From positions 2,592,001 through 2,656,000 of the forward strand of contig OY970399.1 in the NCBI GenBank assembly GCA_963720545.1: a stretch of DNA of 64,000 nt. Reading direction: 5' to 3'. Positions 1 through 7,228 of the stretch are shown here, in pieces. The translations under genes and the position numbers were made by a program. The first letter of the stretch is position 1, and every line of letters begins with the position of its first letter. This DNA is from an uncultured Acidobacteriota bacterium. GTDB lineage: Bacteria; Acidobacteriota; Vicinamibacteria; Fen-336. The notes under the pieces are model-generated. The model did not search any database. It was not told the DNA's origin and saw only the letters and a program-made list of their open reading frames with translations.

Positions 1-894
1 CGCCTTACGCCGCAGCAGCGACAGCTCTTCGGCGCGCTCGGGAATGTCGATGCTGTAGACCAGGCGATAGCGGCCGCGGTTGAGGCGCAGCAGCGGCACG
101 AGCAGTCCGGGTTCGGTGCGGTCGGGTAGGTCTTTCATTGAGAGGATAGCGACGAAGCGGTCGCCGACGCGCAGTCGGGTGCGCTCCACGACGATGTCGT
201 CTTCGAGAAGCGGCGTCGTGACGCTCAGCGCCGGGGAATGGCTGGCGGCGGTGGGACTCAGGAGTTCATGCGCGACCGCGGCCATCTCGATGCCGCGGCA
301 GCGGTGCAGCTCGAGGCCCTCCTGCGTCGACAGCGAACGGAACACGCGCCGCTCGAAGTGCGCCGCTTCCTGCAGCACCTCGTGCTCGAGGGCCGCCTCG
401 CTCGCCACTCGCGGCTGTCCAGCGAAACGCCCGGCCATGGTGCGCAGCGAGGCGACGAGCGGTACCAGGCGCCGCCGGCGCAGGCTGGTAGGCCGGAAGG
501 TTGCCGCCAGGTAGTGGCGGCGATCCTGCGCCACCACCGACTCGTCGCACGCGAGCAGGCCTTCGAGCCGTGAGCGCCGCAGCTCCTCGAGAAACCCAGC
601 CGCTCCGCCGTCGTCGACGATCGGCGGCAGCGCCTTCGTCAGCATGCGCCGCGCCTGGTGCTGGTCGAGCAGGACGAAGAACTGGTAGCGCGTGCCTTCG
701 GGCAGGCCGGACCAGGCGTTTTCGGCAAGCAGCGCCGCGGCGTTCATGGCATCGTCGTCGAGCGACGGCTCGTGGAACGCGTGCAGGCGGTAGACGACGG
801 TGACGTCGCCGTCGCGGTGCCAGATGAGGTCGTGGTCGACGCTCAGGATGCTCAGTTCCTCGGCCAACGACCGTTCCAGGACCGCGCTTGCCAC
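1..894 (-). CDS. virB4: VirB4/TraC/TrbE-family type IV secretion ATPase, N-terminal part (runs off left edge)
   Basis: Not in the ORF track; manual translation from GTG at 894 is open to base 1: VASAVLERSLAEELSILSVDHDLIWHRDGDVTVVYRL...LPEGTRYQFFV...RVGDRFVAILSMKDLPDRTEPGLLVPLL. This resembles VirB4/TraC N-termini and directly follows pilin-like and VirB3-like genes. Walker motifs lie outside the window. Confidence 0.7.
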   Translation of the reverse strand, partial: MASAVLERSLAEELSILSVDHDLIWHRDGDVTVVYRLHAFHEPSLDDDAMNAAALLAENAWSGLPEGTRYQFFVLLDQHQARRMLTKALPPIVDDGGAAGFLEELRRSRLEGLLACDESVVAQDRRHYLAATFRPTSLRRRRLVPLVASLRTMAGRFAGQPRVASEAALEHEVLQEAAHFERRVFRSLSTQEGLELHRCRGIEMAAVAHELLSPTAASHSPALSVTTPLLEDDIVVERTRLRVGDRFVAILSMKDLPDRTEPGLLVPLLRLNRGRYRLVYSIDIPERAEELSLLRRKA

Positions 895-897
895 GGC

Positions 898-1413
898 TCA
901 GACCTCCATCTCGGTGGTGGAAGCGGCCGCCGCGCTGAAGACGATGGGCGCCAAAGGCGGCCAATGCCGCGTGGCGAGCCATGCGGCGGCCGCGAGCCCC
1001 GCACTGGCAGGCGGCAGCGCCGCGAACGACTCGTCGATGGTCGATGCGATCGCGAGGACGGTGTCCGCGCCAATGTAGACGGCGATCGCCCCCGCCGACC
1101 ACCGCGCGACGAGCCTGGGAGCGACACGCTCGAAGACGGCGTTCGCGTAGAAGCGCACCGCCGAAGGCACGTAGTGTTCGTCGTCGTGCCGTTCGATCCA
1201 TGCGAGCAGCAGCGCGAAACCACCCGAGACCGCCAGCTCGAAGGCAAACGACAGCGAGCCGAACAGGACGCTCCAGGTCCGGAACTGCCACTCGACCCCA
1301 TGGCACAGGCTGAAGAACGCCATCACCAGACCGCAGCTGCGGAAGGTGAGGACGTGGAACACCCGCAGCGAATCGTCGAGGTTGCGCAGCGGCTGCGACA
1401 CTCGCCTGGCCAT
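898..1413 (-). CDS. VirB3/TraL-like T4SS inner-membrane protein
   Basis: 171 aa with several hydrophobic segments and an N-terminal 'PLRNLDDSLRVF' TraL/VirB3-like stretch; lies between the pilin and VirB4-like genes with 3-7 bp gaps. Confidence 0.55.
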   Translation of the reverse strand: MARRVSQPLRNLDDSLRVFHVLTFRSCGLVMAFFSLCHGVEWQFRTWSVLFGSLSFAFELAVSGGFALLLAWIERHDDEHYVPSAVRFYANAVFERVAPRLVARWSAGAIAVYIGADTVLAIASTIDESFAALPPASAGLAAAAWLATRHWPPLAPIVFSAAAASTTEMEV

Positions 1414-1420
1414 CGCGCGG

Positions 1421-1708
1421 CTACTTCGTGTACGTCCGGAAGAGGGTGAGAAGCGCCGTGCCGCCGCCCGCGGCGAGTGCCAGGAACAAGGCGCCGACCA
1501 CGAAGTTGCGGATCTTCTCGCCGGAGTTGTGGGAGCCGAGGGCGATCGTGCCGCCGGCGATCAACCCGCCAAGGACCATCAGCGACGGCCCCCATTTCCG
1601 GCCAGCCTTGTCGATGCCCTCGGCAAGGTTGTCGAACGGGGCCGCCATCACGGCTCCGGCGGTCAGCAACAGCGCCAACACGGTCAGGATCACAATCTCT
1701 CGTCGCAT
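1421..1708 (-). CDS. virB2: VirB2/TrbC-family conjugative pilin precursor
   Basis: 95 aa from ATG 1708 with GGAGG RBS; signal peptide (MRREIVILTVLALLLTAGAVMA) followed by two Gly/Ala-rich hydrophobic helices separated by a short charged loop, the VirB2 architecture. Confidence 0.7.
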   Translation of the reverse strand: MRREIVILTVLALLLTAGAVMAAPFDNLAEGIDKAGRKWGPSLMVLGGLIAGGTIALGSHNSGEKIRNFVVGALFLALAAGGGTALLTLFRTYTK

Positions 1709-1730
1709 GCCTGCCTCCTGCACTGAGGGG

Positions 1731-1746
1731 AGCAATACAAAGACCG
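1731..1746 (-). promoter_or_regulatory. Putative sigma54 (-24/-12) promoter of the pilin operon
   Basis: Minus strand CGGTCTTTGTATTGCT = GG-N10-GC with a TTGCT -12 box; the predicted start site (~1720) falls just upstream of the GGAGG RBS of the pilin. Confidence 0.55.
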
Positions 1747-1864
1747 CTCTCGAAACTTGGGAAAACAGCGAATTTTCGAGCGGGGGCCCGCAGAAATGAC
1801 AGCCGCGCAACTGTCCTGCGGGTCAGAGTTGCGGGTTTGACCAGAGGTGTAAAGTTCGCCGCCT

Positions 1865-3532
1865 ATGCCGAACACAAGTGCGGAATCAGCCGCAGACCGC
1901 GGGCCTGAGGATGGTGACCGGAACCTGCTCAACCTCGCGCTCAGCACCGCTCAGCGCGAACTCTCGAGGACCGGCGATCCCGTGGTCGCCTTGTCCGAGT
2001 CGTTCAGCTACGCCCGCCGCGGCCTGGCCGCGCAAATCGCCGTGCTGCTGTACGTCCGGCAAAACGATCCGCTCGAACTCGACATCCTTTATTCCAGCGG
2101 CCTGACCTGGGAGCAGCAGCAGGCGTGCCGGGAGCGCCGCTCGATCGAGGGCGTCAGCCCGACCGTGATCCAGGAGGCGATCGACCGGCGCGCCGCCCTC
2201 TTCATCGCCAACTCGCAGGCGGCGGCCTCGCCCTCGCTCACTGCCTCCCTGTCGGGCGACCCGCGCAGCGTGCTGTGCGCGCCGATCCTCGACCCCTACA
2301 CAGGCGCGGTGATCGCCGTCCTCTACCTGCAGAACAAGGGTCTCGCCCAGGCCTTCGCGGACGACGACCGGGCCTGGCTCGCGAGCTATTCGATCGCGCT
2401 CGGCTGGGGCTTCGGGCTGCACCTCGCCACGCGGCGCAGGATTTCCGAACTCGAGGAGGAGAAAGGCCGCCTGCAGCAAGACCGAAGCGGCGCCCCGGAC
2501 ATCATCGGCGAGAGTTCCTCGACCCGCGGCCTGCTGTCACTGCTCGACGAAACCTTCATTCCGGCGACCGGCCGCGCCAACCCGCGGCCGATCCTCATCC
2601 TCGGCGACTCGGGAACCGGCAAGGAGCTCGTTGCCCGCTATCTTCATTACTATTCGCCGACGCGCGGCAAGGGGCCGTTCGTCGCCTACAACTGCGCCGG
2701 GCTGCGCGGTGACATGATGATGGCCCAGTCGGTGCTGTTCGGCCACCTGCGCGGCTCGTTCACGAGCGCGGTGCGCGACTCGCCGGGGCTGTTTCGCGGC
2801 GCCCACAAGGGCATCCTGTTCCTCGACGAAGTGGGGGAGCTGTCGCTCGACGCGCAGGCATTGCTGCTGCGCGTGCTCGAGGCTCGCACCGTGCACCCGA
2901 TCGGGCAGATCCAGCCGGAGCCGGTGGACGTGCAGCTGGTGATGGCCACGCATCGCGACCTGCCGGCTGAGGTGGCCGCCGGCCGGTTCCGCAACGACCT
3001 GTGGAGCCGCATCAGCGGACTCAAGATCCGCCTCGCGCCGCTCGGCACCAGCGAGCGCCGTGCCGACATCAGGCCGCTGCTCGCGCACTTCATCTCGCGC
3101 CACGAGAAGGACCTGAAGAAGAAGACCGCCGGCCTCACCACGCAGGCGTTTCGCGCCCTGATGTCGTACTCGTGGCCGAACAACGCGCGCGAGGTGGACA
3201 ACGTTTGCATGGCGCTCATCACTTATGCCAAGGCTGGCGCGCGCATCGACGTCGTCGACATCGAACGCACCTGCCCCGAAGTGATCCATGGCCCGCGCCA
3301 TCCAGACGCCGCCGCGTTCGCTGCCGATGACGCAACCTATGACGAAGGCTTCCTCATGTGGGAGACCGAGTTCCTGCGGCGGCGCATCGAACACCACGGC
3401 GGCAACATGCGCGACGCCGCGCGGGCGCTGGCGGTCTCCGACATGACCTTCCTGCGCTACCGCCGGCGCTGCGGCCTGGTGCGCAAGGAAGACGAGAGCC
3501 TAGAGGCGCGCGGGACGGAACATGCCCCATGA
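1865..3532 (+). CDS. Sigma54-dependent enhancer-binding protein (GAF-AAA+-HTH)
   Basis: N-terminal GAF (SVLCAPILD...VLYL), Walker A GDSGTGKE, GAFTGA-loop variant GSFTSA, Walker B LFLDEV, MATHRDL, WPNNARE, C-terminal Fis-type HTH. Confidence 0.9.
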   Translation: MPNTSAESAADRGPEDGDRNLLNLALSTAQRELSRTGDPVVALSESFSYARRGLAAQIAVLLYVRQNDPLELDILYSSGLTWEQQQACRERRSIEGVSPTVIQEAIDRRAALFIANSQAAASPSLTASLSGDPRSVLCAPILDPYTGAVIAVLYLQNKGLAQAFADDDRAWLASYSIALGWGFGLHLATRRRISELEEEKGRLQQDRSGAPDIIGESSSTRGLLSLLDETFIPATGRANPRPILILGDSGTGKELVARYLHYYSPTRGKGPFVAYNCAGLRGDMMMAQSVLFGHLRGSFTSAVRDSPGLFRGAHKGILFLDEVGELSLDAQALLLRVLEARTVHPIGQIQPEPVDVQLVMATHRDLPAEVAAGRFRNDLWSRISGLKIRLAPLGTSERRADIRPLLAHFISRHEKDLKKKTAGLTTQAFRALMSYSWPNNAREVDNVCMALITYAKAGARIDVVDIERTCPEVIHGPRHPDAAAFAADDATYDEGFLMWETEFLRRRIEHHGGNMRDAARALAVSDMTFLRYRRRCGLVRKEDESLEARGTEHAP

Positions 3533-4880
3533 CGCCGACCACACCGAGGCGTACCGCTCGCTCTGCTACGGCGACTCGGTCTTCAAGGAACGTTACGAAG
3601 GCTGGGAGGAGATCGGCCTCGGCGGCCATGCGGTCGTGGCGCGGGTGCGCAGCCGCGTCCTCGACAAGGAAATAGCGCTCAAGATCTTCACCCCGCTGGC
3701 CGCCGCCGACCGCCCGCGCTTCCAGCGCGAAGCCAACAACGCCGCGGAAGTGAGCTCGCCGTTTATCGTGCGGCCGATGGGCGTGTTCGTCCGCGGCAGC
3801 CTCGGCTGGATCGAGATGGAGCTCGTCGACGGCCCCGACCTCGGCCGCGAGCTGGAGCGACGCGCTGCCGCCGCCGACCCGTTTTCACTCCTCGAAGCGC
3901 TCGACATCGCGATCGACGTGACCGCCGGCCTGGTGCACGCGCACCAGGCATCCTTGATTCACCGCGACATCAAACCGGCGAACATCTACCTGCCCGGCAG
4001 CCGGCGGCCCGCGGCGAAGCTCGGCGACTTCGGCATCGCCCGCCTTGCCGAGTCGATGAAGCTCACCAAGACCGACGTGTTTCGCGGAACTCCCGAATGG
4101 ACCTCGCCCGAAGGCGCCGACGGCAAGGCGCTGGAGGCGCCGCACGACGTCTACTGCCTGGGCCTCACGCTCTTCTCGCTCTTCACCAACAACGAGAAAG
4201 CCATTCCTTTGCCGCCGAACCCGACGCCGCAGGCGGTACTGCGTGCCCACCTGAAGCAGCAGCCGCGCCCCTTGCGTGCCGTGAACCCGGCCTTGCCGCG
4301 GCCCCTCGAGGAGCTACTGTCGCGCTGCCTCTTGAAACGCCCAGCGGAATCGCGCCCGGCAGCGACGAAGCTGCTCCAGGATCTTCAGGCGATTCGCGAC
4401 GAGGTGCAGCACGCGCCGCCGCACGCAAGCATCGTTCTGCGCTCAAATTCACGACGGGCGGGCTTCGCCGTGCCCACCGCCGCGGTTCTGCTTCTCGCCG
4501 CCGCGGGATACGTCGGGCTGCGCCGCCAACCAGCTGCGCCGCACCGGCCGATGCCCTCGCTTGCCGCGAGCCTCGGCGCCGGCACAGAAACTCCCGCAAG
4601 CGCGCCGCCGGCCCAGCCGAGCGGCGGCCTCACGGCATCCCTTGAAGGTGGCATGCTGCGTCTCTCTACCGGCGCCGACGCGCTGGGCGGCGTCGACCTC
4701 ACGCTCGCAAGCGGTGGCCGGACCTATGTCCACCACCTCAGCGAGCCGATCGATGCCCATGCCACGGCGTTTGTTCCGCTCGACGAGTTCGTGCCGGTGC
4801 CACCCGAAGGCGCCGCGTTTCACGAGGTCCACGTGACTGGCTCGGCTGGATTCGCCCCCCTCGTCGTGCTGATCCGCTAG
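3522..4880 (+). CDS. Hanks-type Ser/Thr protein kinase with TM helix and C-terminal extracytoplasmic domain
   Basis: GLGGHAVV, IALK, HRDIKPAN, DFG, GTPEWTSPE, DVYCLG; TM segment FAVPTAAVLLLAAAGYVGL; overlaps the activator gene by 11 bp. Confidence 0.9.
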   Translation: MPHDADHTEAYRSLCYGDSVFKERYEGWEEIGLGGHAVVARVRSRVLDKEIALKIFTPLAAADRPRFQREANNAAEVSSPFIVRPMGVFVRGSLGWIEMELVDGPDLGRELERRAAAADPFSLLEALDIAIDVTAGLVHAHQASLIHRDIKPANIYLPGSRRPAAKLGDFGIARLAESMKLTKTDVFRGTPEWTSPEGADGKALEAPHDVYCLGLTLFSLFTNNEKAIPLPPNPTPQAVLRAHLKQQPRPLRAVNPALPRPLEELLSRCLLKRPAESRPAATKLLQDLQAIRDEVQHAPPHASIVLRSNSRRAGFAVPTAAVLLLAAAGYVGLRRQPAAPHRPMPSLAASLGAGTETPASAPPAQPSGGLTASLEGGMLRLSTGADALGGVDLTLASGGRTYVHHLSEPIDAHATAFVPLDEFVPVPPEGAAFHEVHVTGSAGFAPLVVLIR

Positions 4881-5269
4881 GGTTGGCGCCCTCTCCGCAA
4901 GACCCACGTCAGGAACGCAGCGGCTGTCACGTCGTATGCAAGGCAGAAGGCAGGCCACCACTTCGGGACGCCAGGATTGTGCACCACGCGCGCGTGAACC
5001 AGGTCGAAGACACCGTGACCGGCGAGGCCGGCGACGACGAGCCATGGGTTTCGCTTGAAGCCGGCGACGGCGAGCAAGACGAAGGCGATCAGGGCGACCG
5101 ATTCGATGAGAAGCGCGCGCGCCGAGCCGCCCATAACCGCAAACAGCAGGTAATACGATGCGACGACGATAAGCACCGTCGAGTAGAACGAGCGCTCACG
5201 ATCGAGTCCGACCGCCCGTGCAAATGCGCCAACCAACACGGCGAGCACGACGCCAACCGTGAGTCCCAT
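4877..5269 (-). CDS. Conserved hypothetical small membrane protein
   Basis: 130 aa from ATG 5269, about 4 TM helices, 'HGVFDLVH...PKWWPAFCLAYD' motif. Confidence 0.7.
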   Translation of the reverse strand: MGLTVGVVLAVLVGAFARAVGLDRERSFYSTVLIVVASYYLLFAVMGGSARALLIESVALIAFVLLAVAGFKRNPWLVVAGLAGHGVFDLVHARVVHNPGVPKWWPAFCLAYDVTAAAFLTWVLRRGRQP

Positions 5270-5305
5270 CGTTTCCACGGAATGGAGTCTACGGCGCTCC
5301 CCGAG

Positions 5306-5403
5306 CCCCGTCTTCCCGAGGAGTTCATCGCTTGCGCTGAACCTGGGCGAGCCACTGTGTCCGGACACAGTGAGCTGGCGGGTCCTTCGCGCCAGCGCAA
5401 GCG
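5306..5403. repeat. Dispersed palindromic (REP-like) element, minimal member of the family at 29.8-31.1 kb
   Basis: Perfect 20-bp palindrome CACTGTGTCCGGACACAGTG (5353-5372) flanked by inverted CGCTTGCGCTG / CAGCGCAAGCG (5329-5339, 5393-5403); similar to 30678-30742 and 30943-30966. Confidence 0.85.
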
Positions 5404-5471
5404 CAAGTAGCGCTCAGGACTGCGGGGGACAGGGTAATGTCCGGAGTCACGATGGCTGAAGAGCTGAGAGC

Positions 5472-7205
5472 GTGAGAGGCGCGCGGAGTGGCGCGTTGTC
5501 GCTGCTTGCCGGTTGGGCGCTGTTTACTGCGGCCGCCGCGTGGGTGAAGCCGGCGTTTCGCGCCGACTCGGCGAGCTATTTTTCGTACGCACGGTCGCTC
5601 TTCTTCGATCATGACGTGGACTTCGCGAACGAGTGGCAGCACTACGGGTTTGCGCCGCTGCCGCGGACGGCCACCGGCCTGCCGGTCAATTACCACTCCG
5701 TCGGGCCAGCGCTCCTGTGGAGCCCGTTCTACGCGACCGCGCACGTTGCTGTTGCAGTGCTGCCGATGCTGGGCGCGGCCGATGGCTACTCCGCCGCGTA
5801 TCGGTGGTCGGCGGTTCTCGGCACCTTGTTCTTCACGGTGCTTGGACTCGCGGTCCTGTATCGCGTTGTGGCCGCGCGCGCCAGCAAGCTCGTCACATGG
5901 CTCGCTATTGCCGCTGCGTTTCTCGCGACGCCGTGGGCGTACTACGTGTTTCGCGTGCCGTGGATGGCGCACGGGTTGAGCGCCGCGGCCATGTGCTTCC
6001 TCATCGCGGGGTGGTGGCGGGTTTGTGAGCGTCCTGACGTCCGCAGCTGGGCGCTTTTGGGCGCAGTGGTTGGAGTTGTCGCCCTGTTGCGGCCGCAGAA
6101 TGTCGTGGTCGCGGCGGCGTTCCTGTTGCCGCTTTTCTGCGAGAACCTCCTCAGGAAGCGGGTTGGTCCGCTGGTTCCACTGGTGGCGGTGCCGGTGGCG
6201 TTCCTCGTTTTCATTCCGCAGATGCTCGTATGGCGCAGCCTCTTCGGGCGGTTCCTGACAATGCCGACCGGAACCGCCTTCTTCGACTGGTCGGCGCCCA
6301 ACCTGGTCAACGTGCTCCTCTCTGCAGACCGCGGGCTGCTCACCTGGACGCCGCTCGCGCCGCTCGCGCTCGTTGGACTCGCCATGATGCTGTTTCGCAA
6401 GGGCGAGCGCCTGTTCGCCGGGGCCGCCCTGCTGGCCGTCGGCGTTGCCGCATGGGTCAACGGCTCGGTGCTCGGTATGCATGGCCCGGAGTGGGCGGGG
6501 GCCGATGCCTTCGGCGCTCGCCGCTTCGACGTCGTGTTTCCGTTGTTCGCGTTCGGCATCGCCCGGCTGCTCGCCGCAGCGCAGCGTCGGCCGCTCCTTG
6601 CTCCCGCCACCGGCGTCGCACTGCTCGTGCTTTGGAACCTCGGCCTGGCGCGCAGCTACGAGGCTGGCGCTTTTCCCGAAGGTCCGGCGCCGTTCGAGCG
6701 GGTGGCTGCGACACAGGCCGGCGAAGTGCGCGGTGCCGGGCGCCGTTTCCTCGGTGCGGTGCTGGGCGAACGCGGCTCGGCGCTCGCATACAAGATGTTC
6801 GTTGGTGAGTACCTCTACTACGACCTCGCGCTCGATGGGCGCATCGACCTCGGCGAAGACTCGTCCGCGCGTTTCCTGCGCGGCGGGTTCGGCAACATCC
6901 GCCGCGGCGAGGAGCGCCGTTTCCGCTTTGCCCTCGGTCCGCGCAGCTGCCTCGCACTTCCGGTCGACGGCGCGCGCACGCTGCTCGCGCGCATCACCGC
7001 TCGGCGCGCGGCGGGTTCGGCCGTGGCGCAAGCGTCGCTACTGCTGAACGACCAGCCCGTCGGCATCCTGATGCTGGGCCCAGCGTGGGAAGAAACCACC
7101 GTGAGCCTCGCGTTGCGCTCGGGCGAGAACTACCTGTGCCTCTCGTCGCCGGGAGCGCCGCAGGACACAGCGGTCGCGGGCGTGGCCCTCGTGCAGCTGC
7201 CGTGA
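5472..7205 (+). CDS. Polytopic membrane protein, GT-C-fold glycosyltransferase-like, with C-terminal soluble domain
   Basis: 'RADSASYFSYARSLFFDHDVDFANE' first loop, many TM helices, 'FGARRF' motif. Confidence 0.65.
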   Translation: MRGARSGALSLLAGWALFTAAAAWVKPAFRADSASYFSYARSLFFDHDVDFANEWQHYGFAPLPRTATGLPVNYHSVGPALLWSPFYATAHVAVAVLPMLGAADGYSAAYRWSAVLGTLFFTVLGLAVLYRVVAARASKLVTWLAIAAAFLATPWAYYVFRVPWMAHGLSAAAMCFLIAGWWRVCERPDVRSWALLGAVVGVVALLRPQNVVVAAAFLLPLFCENLLRKRVGPLVPLVAVPVAFLVFIPQMLVWRSLFGRFLTMPTGTAFFDWSAPNLVNVLLSADRGLLTWTPLAPLALVGLAMMLFRKGERLFAGAALLAVGVAAWVNGSVLGMHGPEWAGADAFGARRFDVVFPLFAFGIARLLAAAQRRPLLAPATGVALLVLWNLGLARSYEAGAFPEGPAPFERVAATQAGEVRGAGRRFLGAVLGERGSALAYKMFVGEYLYYDLALDGRIDLGEDSSARFLRGGFGNIRRGEERRFRFALGPRSCLALPVDGARTLLARITARRAAGSAVAQASLLLNDQPVGILMLGPAWEETTVSLALRSGENYLCLSSPGAPQDTAVAGVALVQLP

Positions 7206-7228
7206 CCACCCGCGCTAAGGTTTGACGC

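Noticed and set aside
1..5400. Calling the T4SS block an ICE with defined att sites
   Set aside because: No integrase, tRNA or direct repeat marking a boundary is visible in the window.
4877..6300. T-ending codon enrichment on both sides of the 5353 palindrome as a mutational halo
   Set aside because: Both flanking genes are divergent membrane proteins, so coding-strand and amino-acid effects cannot be separated by eye.
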